This document shows, piece after piece, positions 19,722 to 29,368 of a stretch of 64,000 nucleotides of DNA. The translations under genes were made by a program, and so were the position numbers. The notes beneath the pieces are model-generated. The model was given only the letters and a program-made list of their open reading frames with translations. It was not told where the DNA came from and did not search any database. Numbering within the stretch: position 1 is the first letter of the stretch; each line of letters opens with the position of its first letter. The stretch is from Candidatus Staskawiczbacteria bacterium (GTDB lineage: Bacteria > Patescibacteriota > Minisyncoccia > Minisyncoccales > Staskawiczbacteraceae). Location of the stretch: the NCBI GenBank assembly GCA_026395215.1, contig JAPLZC010000010.1, positions 140,150 through 204,149 on the forward strand. The letters run 5' to 3'.

Positions 19722-20759
19722 CTAACTTGATTGAAAAAGTTTCTGTGCTTCCTGCCATATCTGTGGCTGATTTTGCTTCTCTTTCATCCAATACCACCAT
19801 TCTGTTCCCCAAAAATAGAATGTGTCTAAACCTGTGTTTTTGGCATATTCAATATTTTCTTTAAATATTTCTAGATTCATTGTTTTTGACTGCTCTGCCA
19901 GGGGCACATCATAAAATGGTCTTGGCGTCCACGGTTCTGCCTGCAACTCTATGCATATTACATTTTTACCAAATATCTCCTTAATAAGCAAAGCTTTTCT
20001 GGAATAATACACCGGTGAGAATAAATAATGAAAATAAAAACCCAAACTGTTTGATATGTGCGCCCAAGCCTCGCGGTACATTGTTGTACCCACAATATCT
20101 CCTATTTTTGCCACACCAAACCACATAGAACCTTCTCCCGAATCAGAAACAATAACCTTTCGCGAAGGATCTAGTGATTTTACCAAAGCCACTTCTTCCT
20201 TCAAAAAATCTTTGTCTGTATAATACCAAGAAGGACATTCCCCAAATTTAAACAATGGTTCATTCTCAACCTGCCAATTTATAATAGCGGGATTATCTTT
20301 ATACCTCTGCACAACTGTTTTTATATAATTTAGCACAGCATCTTTCTGCTGTTGTTCGGCTAAGCCGTCTGCCCATTTTGGAATATGGCATTCCGGCCAC
20401 CTGCCACTTTTCATGCCAACCACATATATTATATTCACGCCGGGGTACCCCTTAGGTCCTTTTGCCTGCGCCAACTGCCAATCTATGTCATTAAAATAAA
20501 ACTCTCCATGTTTGCCCTCAACCCAATCCCATTGAGTATGAATTTTAATATTTTTAACCCCCAGGTCATCTATAATTGCCGAATAAGTATCTTTCCAATC
20601 CAAACCCAACGCTTGCGCCTGCATTTGTGAAAAATCAACGCCCCAAGTAATATTCTGAGGAACTTTTGCCTTGCCTACAAAAAAATAACAGAAAACAATT
20701 GCCAACAAGGCTAAAATTACTGCCAAAAAAATAACTATTGTTTTTATTAGTCTAGACAT
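19722..20759 (-). CDS. Membrane-anchored glycoside hydrolase (TIM-barrel, GH5/GH42-like, NEP catalytic motif)
   Basis: N-terminal TM helix. NWQVENEP is a catalytic-acid-like motif and the protein is aromatic-rich. The exact GH family is not resolvable by eye. Confidence 0.5.
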   Translation of the reverse strand: MSRLIKTIVIFLAVILALLAIVFCYFFVGKAKVPQNITWGVDFSQMQAQALGLDWKDTYSAIIDDLGVKNIKIHTQWDWVEGKHGEFYFNDIDWQLAQAKGPKGYPGVNIIYVVGMKSGRWPECHIPKWADGLAEQQQKDAVLNYIKTVVQRYKDNPAIINWQVENEPLFKFGECPSWYYTDKDFLKEEVALVKSLDPSRKVIVSDSGEGSMWFGVAKIGDIVGTTMYREAWAHISNSLGFYFHYLFSPVYYSRKALLIKEIFGKNVICIELQAEPWTPRPFYDVPLAEQSKTMNLEIFKENIEYAKNTGLDTFYFWGTEWWYWMKEKQNQPQIWQEAQKLFQSS

Positions 20760-22138
20760 TAAGAATTAAAAATTGTCCGCTCAATATTATATGTTCCCAT
20801 TGATCCTATTTCCATAAAACCCTGCATTGCGGCCTCGGCTAAATCTCCTGAATTAAGCAAATCATAAAACCATTGGTCGGCATATTTTGGATCTTCCTGC
20901 GGAATCCCAGCATTGGTGTGTAGCAACCATTTTTTATTAAAATCCTCTTGCGAACCAATTGTTGGAGCTATAATTATGGGAATTCCTAAACCCGCGTAAA
21001 AAGAAAGTTCTGACGGTTTTGTCCATAAAATATCTGTTTCTCTTAGGGCTTCATTAAAAGTTTTAAAATATTCATCTGTTGTAATCCCTGAAACTATGTG
21101 TACCCAGCCATCCAGTTTTAATTCCTTTATATTGTCTACATAATATTTTCTCAGTTCTTCCCGCACACCAATGGCAATAATAAACCTCAATTTTCTATCT
21201 TTTATTTTTCCTCTAAGGCTGTTTATTGCATGCAAAGGTATTTCTTTCTGCGCTCCGGCGCCACCAATTGAAAACATAATTGTCAGAGGATGATTGGACT
21301 TTTCAGGCAAATTTCCTAATGAAACCTTAATTAACGGCCCATATATTTCTCTATATTTCCTATTGGGGTCAAGATTTAAAATGCGATGTCTCAGATCATC
21401 TTTCAAAATAGCCAAATTCTCGCCAACATTTTCTTTTGGCAACGGGTAGCCGGTCAAAAAAATATTTTCTGGCTTGACGCCGTATAGCTTTAACCTGTCC
21501 CTCACCCATGTGCATGGGGCAAAATACTTAATTTTACTTTTTTTGGGGTTGATTGAGGCCCATGTCCTATTTATGTCGGCGTCACAAACTACACAATAAA
21601 CATCACCGGGATATTTTAGCTCTTCCGCCATAAAAGCCGGAGTAAAAAATGTAGAAACAAGCGGTAAGGGGTTTTTTTGTAACCTTTCAATTAAATCTTT
21701 GCCCCAGCCACCTTTAATAAAACTAAGAATATTTTTTAAAGTGAAACTTGGTTTAGATAAATCTCTTTTTGGGTAATAAATTGAAATTTTTTGAAACTTG
21801 TCCAAAATTGAAAACGCCAAACTCCCTAGAAAAGGAACTTTTTTAAACCTGGACACAAATTCATATAAATAGCGGGTTTCCTGCCAGAAATTTTTATCTT
21901 TTTTAGGAATACCGTCATAGCTGTTGGCATTTATCACTTTATCGCCAAAAGCAATATCCCTTAAAGGATAAGCTGTCCGCTGATGCCCATAGCCCATATC
22001 TGCAGCCACAACCCAAGCCCTTTTATTATTTTTTTTGTTTTCCATTACAACTATTATAACAAAAAAACAGCAAAAAAAGAACCCTTTCAACTTACGATAT
22101 TGAAAGGGTATAATTGGTTCCGCATGGAACATGGTCAA
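20759..22138 (-). CDS. GT28-type glycosyltransferase (MGDG synthase/UgtP-like, probable glycolipid synthase)
   Basis: VVAADMGYGHQRTAYPL resembles the MGDG_synth N-terminal motif, and the C-terminus has a GT-B Glyco_tran_28_C-like fold. An alternative start at MENKKNN (22045) would remove the 4-nt overlap with the next ORF. Confidence 0.5.
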   Translation of the reverse strand: MTMFHAEPIIPFQYRKLKGFFFCCFFVIIVVMENKKNNKRAWVVAADMGYGHQRTAYPLRDIAFGDKVINANSYDGIPKKDKNFWQETRYLYEFVSRFKKVPFLGSLAFSILDKFQKISIYYPKRDLSKPSFTLKNILSFIKGGWGKDLIERLQKNPLPLVSTFFTPAFMAEELKYPGDVYCVVCDADINRTWASINPKKSKIKYFAPCTWVRDRLKLYGVKPENIFLTGYPLPKENVGENLAILKDDLRHRILNLDPNRKYREIYGPLIKVSLGNLPEKSNHPLTIMFSIGGAGAQKEIPLHAINSLRGKIKDRKLRFIIAIGVREELRKYYVDNIKELKLDGWVHIVSGITTDEYFKTFNEALRETDILWTKPSELSFYAGLGIPIIIAPTIGSQEDFNKKWLLHTNAGIPQEDPKYADQWFYDLLNSGDLAEAAMQGFMEIGSMGTYNIERTIFNS

Positions 22139-22689
22139 CCAGGGAGGGTCAGCAAAATTCGCGCACCAGCGCCCAGGTTAGCATTTGCGCTGTGAGCATA
22201 CAAATACATCCTGCCATTCGATTGGCGCCCTACAAGGAAAACCCTAGAATTGATGGGATTCATGCCGGCGACTAAACATTCGCCACAGGGTTGAGCCCTG
22301 TATCTTAGTCGCAGACGGCAAACAAACTGACCGGTTACAAGACCGCAACCAAACCTGGAAGCGCTTTCCCAAAGCTGGGGCAGGTGTGCATTCCTGAAGC
22401 CCAGATCCTCCACTGATGGAGTAACGATTTTGATGTTTCCGTCTGGTTCGACGGTGCGGAAATGTCCATGAGAGAGAAGTTCTTGAGCACAAGATCCAAC
22501 ATCTATCCCAGCCTCATCCATAGCTTGATAGTAGTCTGGAACTTGCCCAAACCCTCCCAAACGAAAGATTCTTGCATCGGCAATCCAGGGAGGCGCTATC
22601 GTCCCCCGTGCCAATGACGGTTGTGTTTCTGTATCTGCAGCACCTACTGTTTTCAATGCGGCTTCTCCTTCTAGGCTGATTTGGCCCAT
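22135..22689 (-). CDS. Hypothetical protein (GC-rich islet)
   Basis: 184-aa ORF with GC well above background and codon usage unlike its neighbours. No confident domain assignment. Confidence 0.35.
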   Translation of the reverse strand: MGQISLEGEAALKTVGAADTETQPSLARGTIAPPWIADARIFRLGGFGQVPDYYQAMDEAGIDVGSCAQELLSHGHFRTVEPDGNIKIVTPSVEDLGFRNAHLPQLWESASRFGCGLVTGQFVCRLRLRYRAQPCGECLVAGMNPINSRVFLVGRQSNGRMYLYAHSANANLGAGARILLTLPG

Positions 22690-22769
22690 ATGAGTTGTTT
22701 ATGACAAGGTACCATTTTGAACACTTTCTAAGTATATGCTACTTTTAGACTATTGTCAATATCAGACTT

Positions 22770-24290
22770 CTACACAATACTTCTACTATATCTCCTGTTG
22801 AGAAACCAAGTTACGGCTCCAATAACAAAATATGCAACAAAAACCCAAATCCAGGAAATATTTGTTATGGTTTTGGCCATCCATGGCTGGGAAAAAATGT
22901 CTATTACTTTTACAAAATATGTAAGTAACAACCAGCACGGAATTGATAAAATCCAACCCAGTGCGTAAGAAAAAATTCCGGCCAAAGATGCTAAAAAGCC
23001 AAAAACCATCAGTCCGTAAACAATTGGAAGTATTAAAAGATTGGTAATGGGAGAAACAAGAGATACATTTCCAAAATTATAAACCATAATAGGCAAAGTA
23101 AAAATTTGTGCGGCAAAAGTTGCCGAGACGATGCTTATTAATTCTTTTGCCGACGATTCTTCCGACTGCAGTGTAAAATAATTTATAAATCTTTTAATCA
23201 AGGGCTCTAGATACATAAGGCCTAACACAGCCAAAAATGAAAGCTGAAAACCAACATCATAAACCAAAAGTAAGGGGTTTATTACCAGCATTACAGCTCC
23301 TGCTATTGTTATTATTCTCGGCCCCATACTTTGCCGCCCCAAATGTTGAGAAAAAAGGTAAAGCCCGCCCATAATACCTGCCCTAACTCCGGACGGAGGC
23401 AAACCTGTCAAAACAATATAAATACAAATAAAAATTATAGCAATATAAAACGCCTGCCCTCGCCAAAGTCCCATGGCTAATAATAAAGACATTATAATTG
23501 CGCTTAAAATAACAACGTGCGTGCCGGAAACAGCTATTACGTGTCTGAGTCCGGTAATATTTAATTTGCTTTTCAAGTCGTTAGTCATTGCCCCATTATC
23601 TCCCAAAATTGTCCCCTCTAAAATTGAGCTCTGCGGAGGTAAAAAGTTCCCTTGGATGCTCTCTCTTATTTTTTGCTTGCAAAACAAAACCCACGAATAA
23701 ATTTTTTGTGTTACAGTTATCTCCCCCGCTAAGCGGGGCCCGTTTAGAGCGGAAACCTTGGGAGAATTCATTACAGAATATATTCCGTCTTTCATTAAAT
23801 AGTTTTTGTAATTAAAGGTGTCAGTAACCGACGGGGTTTCTAACTTTCCCGAAAGTTTTATTTTATCCAAATATTTATATTCTGGATATCTGTTTATTGT
23901 CACTAAAACCGTGCTGCCCGCCTCGCCCGCCGGCTGGTCGTCAGTTTTTACTTTTAATTTTTGAAAAGTATCCCTAACATCTGGCTCGTTATCAACAATA
24001 CCGGTTATAACAACTTGCTGACCATTAAATTTGCTCAATTTGTCATTAGCAATATTAAACTCGCTGATTTGTACCCGTATAATTCCAAGAGTAAAAAATA
24101 TAACACAAAAACCGAAAACCAAGATATAATGCCCATACTGCGATGGATATATCAATGCTGCAAATATAAAAAATATTGAAACAAATAAAAACGCCCACAA
24201 ATAAATTTGCGGAACTCTTGTTATTGATTCCAAAAATATGCCTGCTGTCAGCGCCAGACAAAATATAAATAATACCTTAGACGGGCTCAT
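22770..24290 (-). CDS. comEC: DNA internalization competence protein ComEC/Rec2 (DUF4131 plus competence domain, no C-terminal beta-lactamase domain)
   Basis: 506-aa polytopic membrane protein. An N-terminal DUF4131-like region with an OB-fold segment (GQQVVITGIVDNEP) is followed by the multi-TM competence domain. Confidence 0.75.
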   Translation of the reverse strand: MSPSKVLFIFCLALTAGIFLESITRVPQIYLWAFLFVSIFFIFAALIYPSQYGHYILVFGFCVIFFTLGIIRVQISEFNIANDKLSKFNGQQVVITGIVDNEPDVRDTFQKLKVKTDDQPAGEAGSTVLVTINRYPEYKYLDKIKLSGKLETPSVTDTFNYKNYLMKDGIYSVMNSPKVSALNGPRLAGEITVTQKIYSWVLFCKQKIRESIQGNFLPPQSSILEGTILGDNGAMTNDLKSKLNITGLRHVIAVSGTHVVILSAIIMSLLLAMGLWRGQAFYIAIIFICIYIVLTGLPPSGVRAGIMGGLYLFSQHLGRQSMGPRIITIAGAVMLVINPLLLVYDVGFQLSFLAVLGLMYLEPLIKRFINYFTLQSEESSAKELISIVSATFAAQIFTLPIMVYNFGNVSLVSPITNLLILPIVYGLMVFGFLASLAGIFSYALGWILSIPCWLLLTYFVKVIDIFSQPWMAKTITNISWIWVFVAYFVIGAVTWFLNRRYSRSIV

Positions 24291-25009
24291 CTTACCTTAC
24301 ATTCTTTAAAATTTGAAGAAATTTCTTTGGCTATGCCTTGCAAAAATTCATCTTTGAATGGTTGAATTTTCTCAAATGCCGGGTCAATTGTCTTTTCTCC
24401 CCTAAAACCTTGCAAATAATATTTAACGTTTTGGCCACCTATCCATTTTGCAATTTCTATAAAATCTTCTTTTTGGTGAACACCCGGTACGCAAGTTGTA
24501 CGGAATTCAAACCCGCAGGTTTGCCCTGAGCCTGTCGAATGGGCTTTCAAAAACTCCACACTCTCTTTTATATTATTAATAGTAACCTCTTCAATCATAA
24601 GATTTTTATAAACAGGGCTTTCCGGAGAAGTTTTTATATCCATGGCAACATAGTCTATTAGTCTCAAATCAACTAGGTTTTTAAGCATTTCTGGATTAGA
24701 CCCATTTGTGTCTAACTTTACCGCATATCCTAAAGTTTTAATTTTTTCTATAAACAAGGGTAAATCTTTATTTATTGTCGGCTCTCCCCCACAAATTACA
24801 ACTCCATCTAACAACCCCTTTCTCTGACGCAAAAAATCAAAAAATTCTTTTTCCGAAATCCTTGGATGCTGTGCAATTTCCAATGGCAAAACCAACTCTC
24901 GTGAATAACACCAAGGACACCTAAAATTGCACCCCGCCAAAAAAACCACGCAGGCCAACTTCCCCGGATAATCAATCAACGTAGTTCTCTGTAACCCAGC
25001 AATTATCAT
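24287..25009 (-). CDS. nrdG: Anaerobic ribonucleoside-triphosphate reductase activating protein (radical SAM)
   Basis: CNFRCPWC radical-SAM motif near the N-terminus. VVICGGEPT. About 240 aa, the size typical of NrdG. Confidence 0.8.
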   Translation of the reverse strand: MIIAGLQRTTLIDYPGKLACVVFLAGCNFRCPWCYSRELVLPLEIAQHPRISEKEFFDFLRQRKGLLDGVVICGGEPTINKDLPLFIEKIKTLGYAVKLDTNGSNPEMLKNLVDLRLIDYVAMDIKTSPESPVYKNLMIEEVTINNIKESVEFLKAHSTGSGQTCGFEFRTTCVPGVHQKEDFIEIAKWIGGQNVKYYLQGFRGEKTIDPAFEKIQPFKDEFLQGIAKEISSNFKECKVR

Positions 25010-25020
25010 AATTTATAATT

Positions 25021-25965
25021 CTATATAACTCTTATTTTACTAAAATTTTTACCAGACAAGCCTTCAATTTTAATTTCCTCCCAAGAAAACTCAACTTTTT
25101 CCAATTGCGAAGGCGAATAAATATACTCAATATAGCTATCGGCCTCTTTTTTCAAAACACCAACCCCAGTCTGAAACTTAACTACGGAAGTTTTTGTTGT
25201 TCCCATTGGTATGCTTGTTCTGTCTCCAAAGGGAGTCACCGATATAGTAATCTTATCTGGTCTTCTGTGATATGACCTTCTTTTAACTAAAGACATATAT
25301 GCATCGTGCAAAACGTGATTCTTTTGAAAATCTATCTGTTCCCCATTGTGGGGTTTTATATTTAATTTCATCATTTCAATGTCTCGATCAGTCAAAGCAG
25401 TTTCTCCTTTCTTGTTCAACTCTTCTATTTGTTTATTCAAATCTTCTATAAATTCTTCTTTTGAACCATATCTATCACCAACAGGACTGAAAGTATATTT
25501 TAAATTATCCGGTAAGTACGGCTGTATAAATTTAATCAAATCTCTAAAAACTTTTTTGTATATTTCGGTGTTATCTACTGGTATGTTATCCATAAACTCC
25601 AAAATGATATCATCTCCACAAAAATCAAACCACACACCAGGCTTATATGCATCCGTTATTGGTTTTAACCAACAGGCGTAATAAATCATTGCAAAAAGTT
25701 CTGCCCAATCCGGCTCGGGGCTTTCGCTAAATCTCCATAGCTTATATGTTCCAAAAATAATAGCAATTTTTATTGGCTCGCCGTTTTTAATATTTAATTC
25801 TATTGAGCTACGGATCTTTTTATTTGCTTCGGGATTCACACTATATTTTCTGAATTTTTTAGACATTATTCTATCATATATAAAATCAACCAATTCTTTA
25901 TTTTGGGTAAGTTTTTCCTCTTTAATGCCAACCAATCTTTTTTCAATATAATCTTTTGCTGTCAT
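25021..25965 (-). CDS. Hypothetical protein (located between nrdG and nrdD)
   Basis: 314-aa ORF with no recognisable motifs. The annotated ATG abuts tRNA-Cys, so the true start may lie at a downstream Met. Confidence 0.4.
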   Translation of the reverse strand: MTAKDYIEKRLVGIKEEKLTQNKELVDFIYDRIMSKKFRKYSVNPEANKKIRSSIELNIKNGEPIKIAIIFGTYKLWRFSESPEPDWAELFAMIYYACWLKPITDAYKPGVWFDFCGDDIILEFMDNIPVDNTEIYKKVFRDLIKFIQPYLPDNLKYTFSPVGDRYGSKEEFIEDLNKQIEELNKKGETALTDRDIEMMKLNIKPHNGEQIDFQKNHVLHDAYMSLVKRRSYHRRPDKITISVTPFGDRTSIPMGTTKTSVVKFQTGVGVLKKEADSYIEYIYSPSQLEKVEFSWEEIKIEGLSGKNFSKIRVI

Positions 25966-25966
25966 G

Positions 25967-26037
25967 AGATGTGGGAAGGAATTGAACCCCCGTGCCTTGT
26001 CTTGCGAACAAGTGCCTAACTACTCGGCCACCACATC
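25967..26037 (-). tRNA. tRNA-Cys (GCA)
   Basis: Reverse complement reads GATGTGG-TG-GCC-GAGTAGTTA-GGC-A-CTTGT-TCGCAAG-ACAAG-GCAC-GGGGG-TTCAATT-CCTTC-CCACATC-T. This gives a perfect 7-bp acceptor stem, a 5-bp anticodon stem, anticodon GCA and a T-loop TTCAATT. The T-stem has two G-U pairs. Confidence 0.7.
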
Positions 26038-26092
26038 AATTGTATATTACCAAAAACCCACCTGGATTAAAAGGTGGGTTAGGATATTAGAA

Positions 26093-28312
26093 TTAGACGG
26101 CGGCGGATTTTTCTTCTACTTTGATTAGGGTGTCTTTTACTGGGTCTGCACAATTTGCACAATCTGTAGATTCTGCAGGGGTTGCAGGATTTACAGGTTG
26201 CTCTATGGGGTTGGCGAATTCTTTTCTTTCACCAAATTCCTGACGTTTACCTTTGTGCCACTGTTGGACGGGTCTAATGTAACCTACAACTCTTGAGTAA
26301 ACTTCACAGGGCTGTTTTATGGCGCATTGAGGACATTCAAAGTGTTCTCCTGAAAGATAACCGTGTGTTGGGCAAATTGAAAATGTTGGAGTTAAGGTTA
26401 TATATGGTAAGCTGTAATTTTCAAATATTTTCCTGACCAAGTTCTTTGCCATATTAGGATCTGAAATTTTTTCTCCCAAAAATATGTGCAAAACAGTTCC
26501 GCCAGTATATTTTGTTTGGATATCGTTTTGCAAATCCAAAGCTTGAAAAACATCATCTGTAAAACCAACCGGCAATTGACTGGAATTTGTATAATAAGGA
26601 ACTTCTTTAGTACCGGCCGTAATAATATCCGGATATTTTTCTCTATCGGTCTTTGCTTGCCTATAACTTGTTCCTTCTCCGGGAGTTGCTTCTAAGTTAT
26701 ATAAGTTCCCTGTTTCCTCTTGGAACTTAACCATTTTCTCTCTCATAAAATCCAAAACCTCAATTGCAAACTTTTTCCCTTTTGGAGTTGTAATGTCTTC
26801 CTCTAAAAAGTTAAGTAAGGACTCATTCATTCCCATAATTCCAATGGTTGAAAAATGGTTTCCAAAATAGGTATTTCTCATATTTTTCATCTCTTGCAAA
26901 TAATGTCTTGAATATGGATAAAGTCCCTTCTCCATAAAGTTATCCAATGCTTTTCGCTTAATTTCCAAGCTTTCTTTTGCCAATTCCATTAAATGAGTTA
27001 ACTTTTCCAAAAATTCTGTCTTTGTTTTTGAAGTATATCCAATTCTTGGCAGGTTTATTGTAACCACACCAATTGAACCTGTTTTAGGTGATGATCCAAA
27101 TAATCCGCCACCTCTTTTATACAATTCCCTATTATCTAATCTAAGTCTGCAACACATACTTCGGGCATCATCTGGGCTCATATCTGAGTGTATAAAGTTG
27201 GAAAAATAATTTATTCCGTATTTTGCCGTTGCCTCCCACATTGTTATTAAGTTTGGATTATCCCACTCAAAATCTTTGCCAATTGAAACAGTTGGAATTG
27301 GGAAAGTAAATGGCCTACTAGAAGCATCTCCCTCCATTAAACCTTCATAGAAAGCTTTAATAAACATATCCATTTCCGGCTGGAAGTCTCCATAAACTTC
27401 ATTTTGTGGTTCTCCTCCAATAATAACCGGCTGTTTTGCCAAAAATGTTGGGGCCTTCATATCTAAAGAAACATTCAAAAATGGAGTCTGGAAACCAACT
27501 CTTGTAGGAACCATACAGTTGTACAAAAATTCCTGCATGGCTTGTTTTACTTGTTTATAGCTCAAATTGTCATATCTTATAAACGGAGCAAGCAAAGTAT
27601 CAAAGTTAGAAATAGCGTTTGCCCCTGCTGTTTCCCCCTGCAATGTAAACAAAGCATTAACTAGTTGACCCAAAGCTGTTCTAAAGTGCCTTGGAGGGCT
27701 ACATTCTATTTTTCCATATACTCCACCAAATCCTTTTACCAAAAAGTCATACAAGTCCCACCCTGCGCAATAAGGAGCTAACAATTCCAGATTGTGTATA
27801 TGAAAATCTTCATTAAGCGCCGCGTCTCTGATTTCTTTCGGATAAATTTTATTCAACCAATATTTTTTGGAAATATATGAGCCAACATATTGGTTTAATC
27901 CTTGTAAGGAAAAAGTCATATTAGCATTTTCCTTAACCTGCCAATCAATCTCTTTCAAATAGCTATCAACTTTTTCCGAAGAGTCGTCAGCCGCTTTTGC
28001 TGATTCACGAATTGTTCTTCTTTGCTCTCTATATAGAATGTAAGCTTTAGCAGTATCAACCAAGTCTTCCAATATTAAAGCCTCCTCAACAATATCCTGA
28101 ACTTGCTCAACAGTAGGCACTTCGCCTTTCTTAAATCTTCTATTTAACAAACTTACAACTTTCTCAGAAACCTTTTTGGAGACTTCTCCATCTCCCTGAT
28201 TTGCCGCAACAACGGCTTTATGAATTGCTTCTTCAATTTTTGATTGCTCAAAAATAACGGTTCTGCCGTCTCTTTTTTGTATCCTCTCTATGTTGTTTTT
28301 TTCTGCTTCCAT
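26093..28312 (-). CDS. nrdD: Anaerobic ribonucleoside-triphosphate reductase (class III RNR)
   Basis: N-terminal ATP-cone. C-terminal Zn-ribbon (CPTHGYLSGEHFECPQC). Glycyl-radical motif RVVGYIRP. Confidence 0.85.
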   Translation of the reverse strand: MEAEKNNIERIQKRDGRTVIFEQSKIEEAIHKAVVAANQGDGEVSKKVSEKVVSLLNRRFKKGEVPTVEQVQDIVEEALILEDLVDTAKAYILYREQRRTIRESAKAADDSSEKVDSYLKEIDWQVKENANMTFSLQGLNQYVGSYISKKYWLNKIYPKEIRDAALNEDFHIHNLELLAPYCAGWDLYDFLVKGFGGVYGKIECSPPRHFRTALGQLVNALFTLQGETAGANAISNFDTLLAPFIRYDNLSYKQVKQAMQEFLYNCMVPTRVGFQTPFLNVSLDMKAPTFLAKQPVIIGGEPQNEVYGDFQPEMDMFIKAFYEGLMEGDASSRPFTFPIPTVSIGKDFEWDNPNLITMWEATAKYGINYFSNFIHSDMSPDDARSMCCRLRLDNRELYKRGGGLFGSSPKTGSIGVVTINLPRIGYTSKTKTEFLEKLTHLMELAKESLEIKRKALDNFMEKGLYPYSRHYLQEMKNMRNTYFGNHFSTIGIMGMNESLLNFLEEDITTPKGKKFAIEVLDFMREKMVKFQEETGNLYNLEATPGEGTSYRQAKTDREKYPDIITAGTKEVPYYTNSSQLPVGFTDDVFQALDLQNDIQTKYTGGTVLHIFLGEKISDPNMAKNLVRKIFENYSLPYITLTPTFSICPTHGYLSGEHFECPQCAIKQPCEVYSRVVGYIRPVQQWHKGKRQEFGERKEFANPIEQPVNPATPAESTDCANCADPVKDTLIKVEEKSAAV

Positions 28313-28406
28313 GCTATTTTTTTAATTATCGTATATCTATTTTACTCCGCTAAGAAACCGTGTCAACTCTTTTCATTTCTAAAAATGTGTTGGATTAAAT
28401 ATAGGT

Positions 28407-29360
28407 TTATAATTTTGTAGCAATGACGGTAACTTTTATCTCTCCTTTTTTAAGGTTATCATCTTTTACTGCTCCAAAAATTATCTGAGCTTTAGGATCA
28501 ACGTTTTTTGTTATAATTTTGGCGGCTTCCTGAATTTCATTCAAACTTATATCACTTCCGGAAACCGAGAACAAAACTCCCTTAGCTCCCTTAATGGAAA
28601 AATCCAATAAAGGAGAGCTGATTGCTTTTTCTGCCGCCAAGACTGCACGGTTTTCTCCTATTGCTTTTCCTGCGCCAAATAAAGCCTGCCCTGAATTTTT
28701 CATAATAGACAAAACCGATGCAAAATCAATGTTTATAATTCCGGGAACTAAAATTAAATCAGTAATTGACTGCACAGCCTCTCTTAAAATATCGTCGCAG
28801 ACTAAAAATGCATCTGATACTGTTGTCTTTTCATCTATAACTCCTAAAAGTTTATCATTTGAAATAACTAAAACACAATCAACTTTTTCTCTTAAATTTT
28901 TAAGAGCTAATTCCGCCACTTTTTTTCTTTCAGCTCCTTCAAAAGAAAAAGGAGTTGTGACAACCGCCACAGTTAAAATGCCCAGACCCCTTGAAATCTC
29001 GGCAATAACAGGAGAAGCGCCAGACCCGGTTCCGCCCCCAAGACCACAAGTCACAAAAATCATATCTGCACCTTTTAAATTTTCTGTAATTTCTTGGCTG
29101 GATTCTTCAGCAGACTTCCTGCCCAAATTAGCATCCATTCCGGTGCCAAGTCCTTTGGTAACATCTTTACCAATGAGAATTTTTTTAGGGTACCCTCCTC
29201 TAGGTCCTTTAGAAGAATGAAGAGCTTGGGCATCTGTGTTGACTGCCAACAACTCAACATCTCGGATTTGAAGTCTTGCCTGCCCGCTGAGACGGGCCAT
29301 TCTAGAAATTGTGTTAGACCCAGATCCGCCCACTCCAATAACTTTTATAATCGGATGCAT
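28407..29360 (-). CDS. ftsZ: Cell division protein FtsZ
   Basis: GVGGSGSN and the GGGTGSGASPV tubulin signature. Confidence 0.9.
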   Translation of the reverse strand: MHPIIKVIGVGGSGSNTISRMARLSGQARLQIRDVELLAVNTDAQALHSSKGPRGGYPKKILIGKDVTKGLGTGMDANLGRKSAEESSQEITENLKGADMIFVTCGLGGGTGSGASPVIAEISRGLGILTVAVVTTPFSFEGAERKKVAELALKNLREKVDCVLVISNDKLLGVIDEKTTVSDAFLVCDDILREAVQSITDLILVPGIINIDFASVLSIMKNSGQALFGAGKAIGENRAVLAAEKAISSPLLDFSIKGAKGVLFSVSGSDISLNEIQEAAKIITKNVDPKAQIIFGAVKDDNLKKGEIKVTVIATKL

Positions 29361-29368
29361 AATAACGC

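Noticed and set aside
19552-19808. CRISPR array or tandem VNTR
   Set aside because: Only two copies, separated by 183 bp of unique sequence. There are no further repeats or spacers and no cas genes.
19546-19812. 88-aa minus-strand ORF with an internally duplicated peptide VVLDEREAKSATDMAGS
   Set aside because: It is an out-of-frame read across the two copies of the about 60-bp direct repeat and overlaps the glycoside hydrolase 3' end, so it is an artefact of the repeat rather than a gene.
28594-29220. 208-aa plus-strand ORF
   Set aside because: It lies entirely antisense within ftsZ, which has unambiguous tubulin signature motifs.
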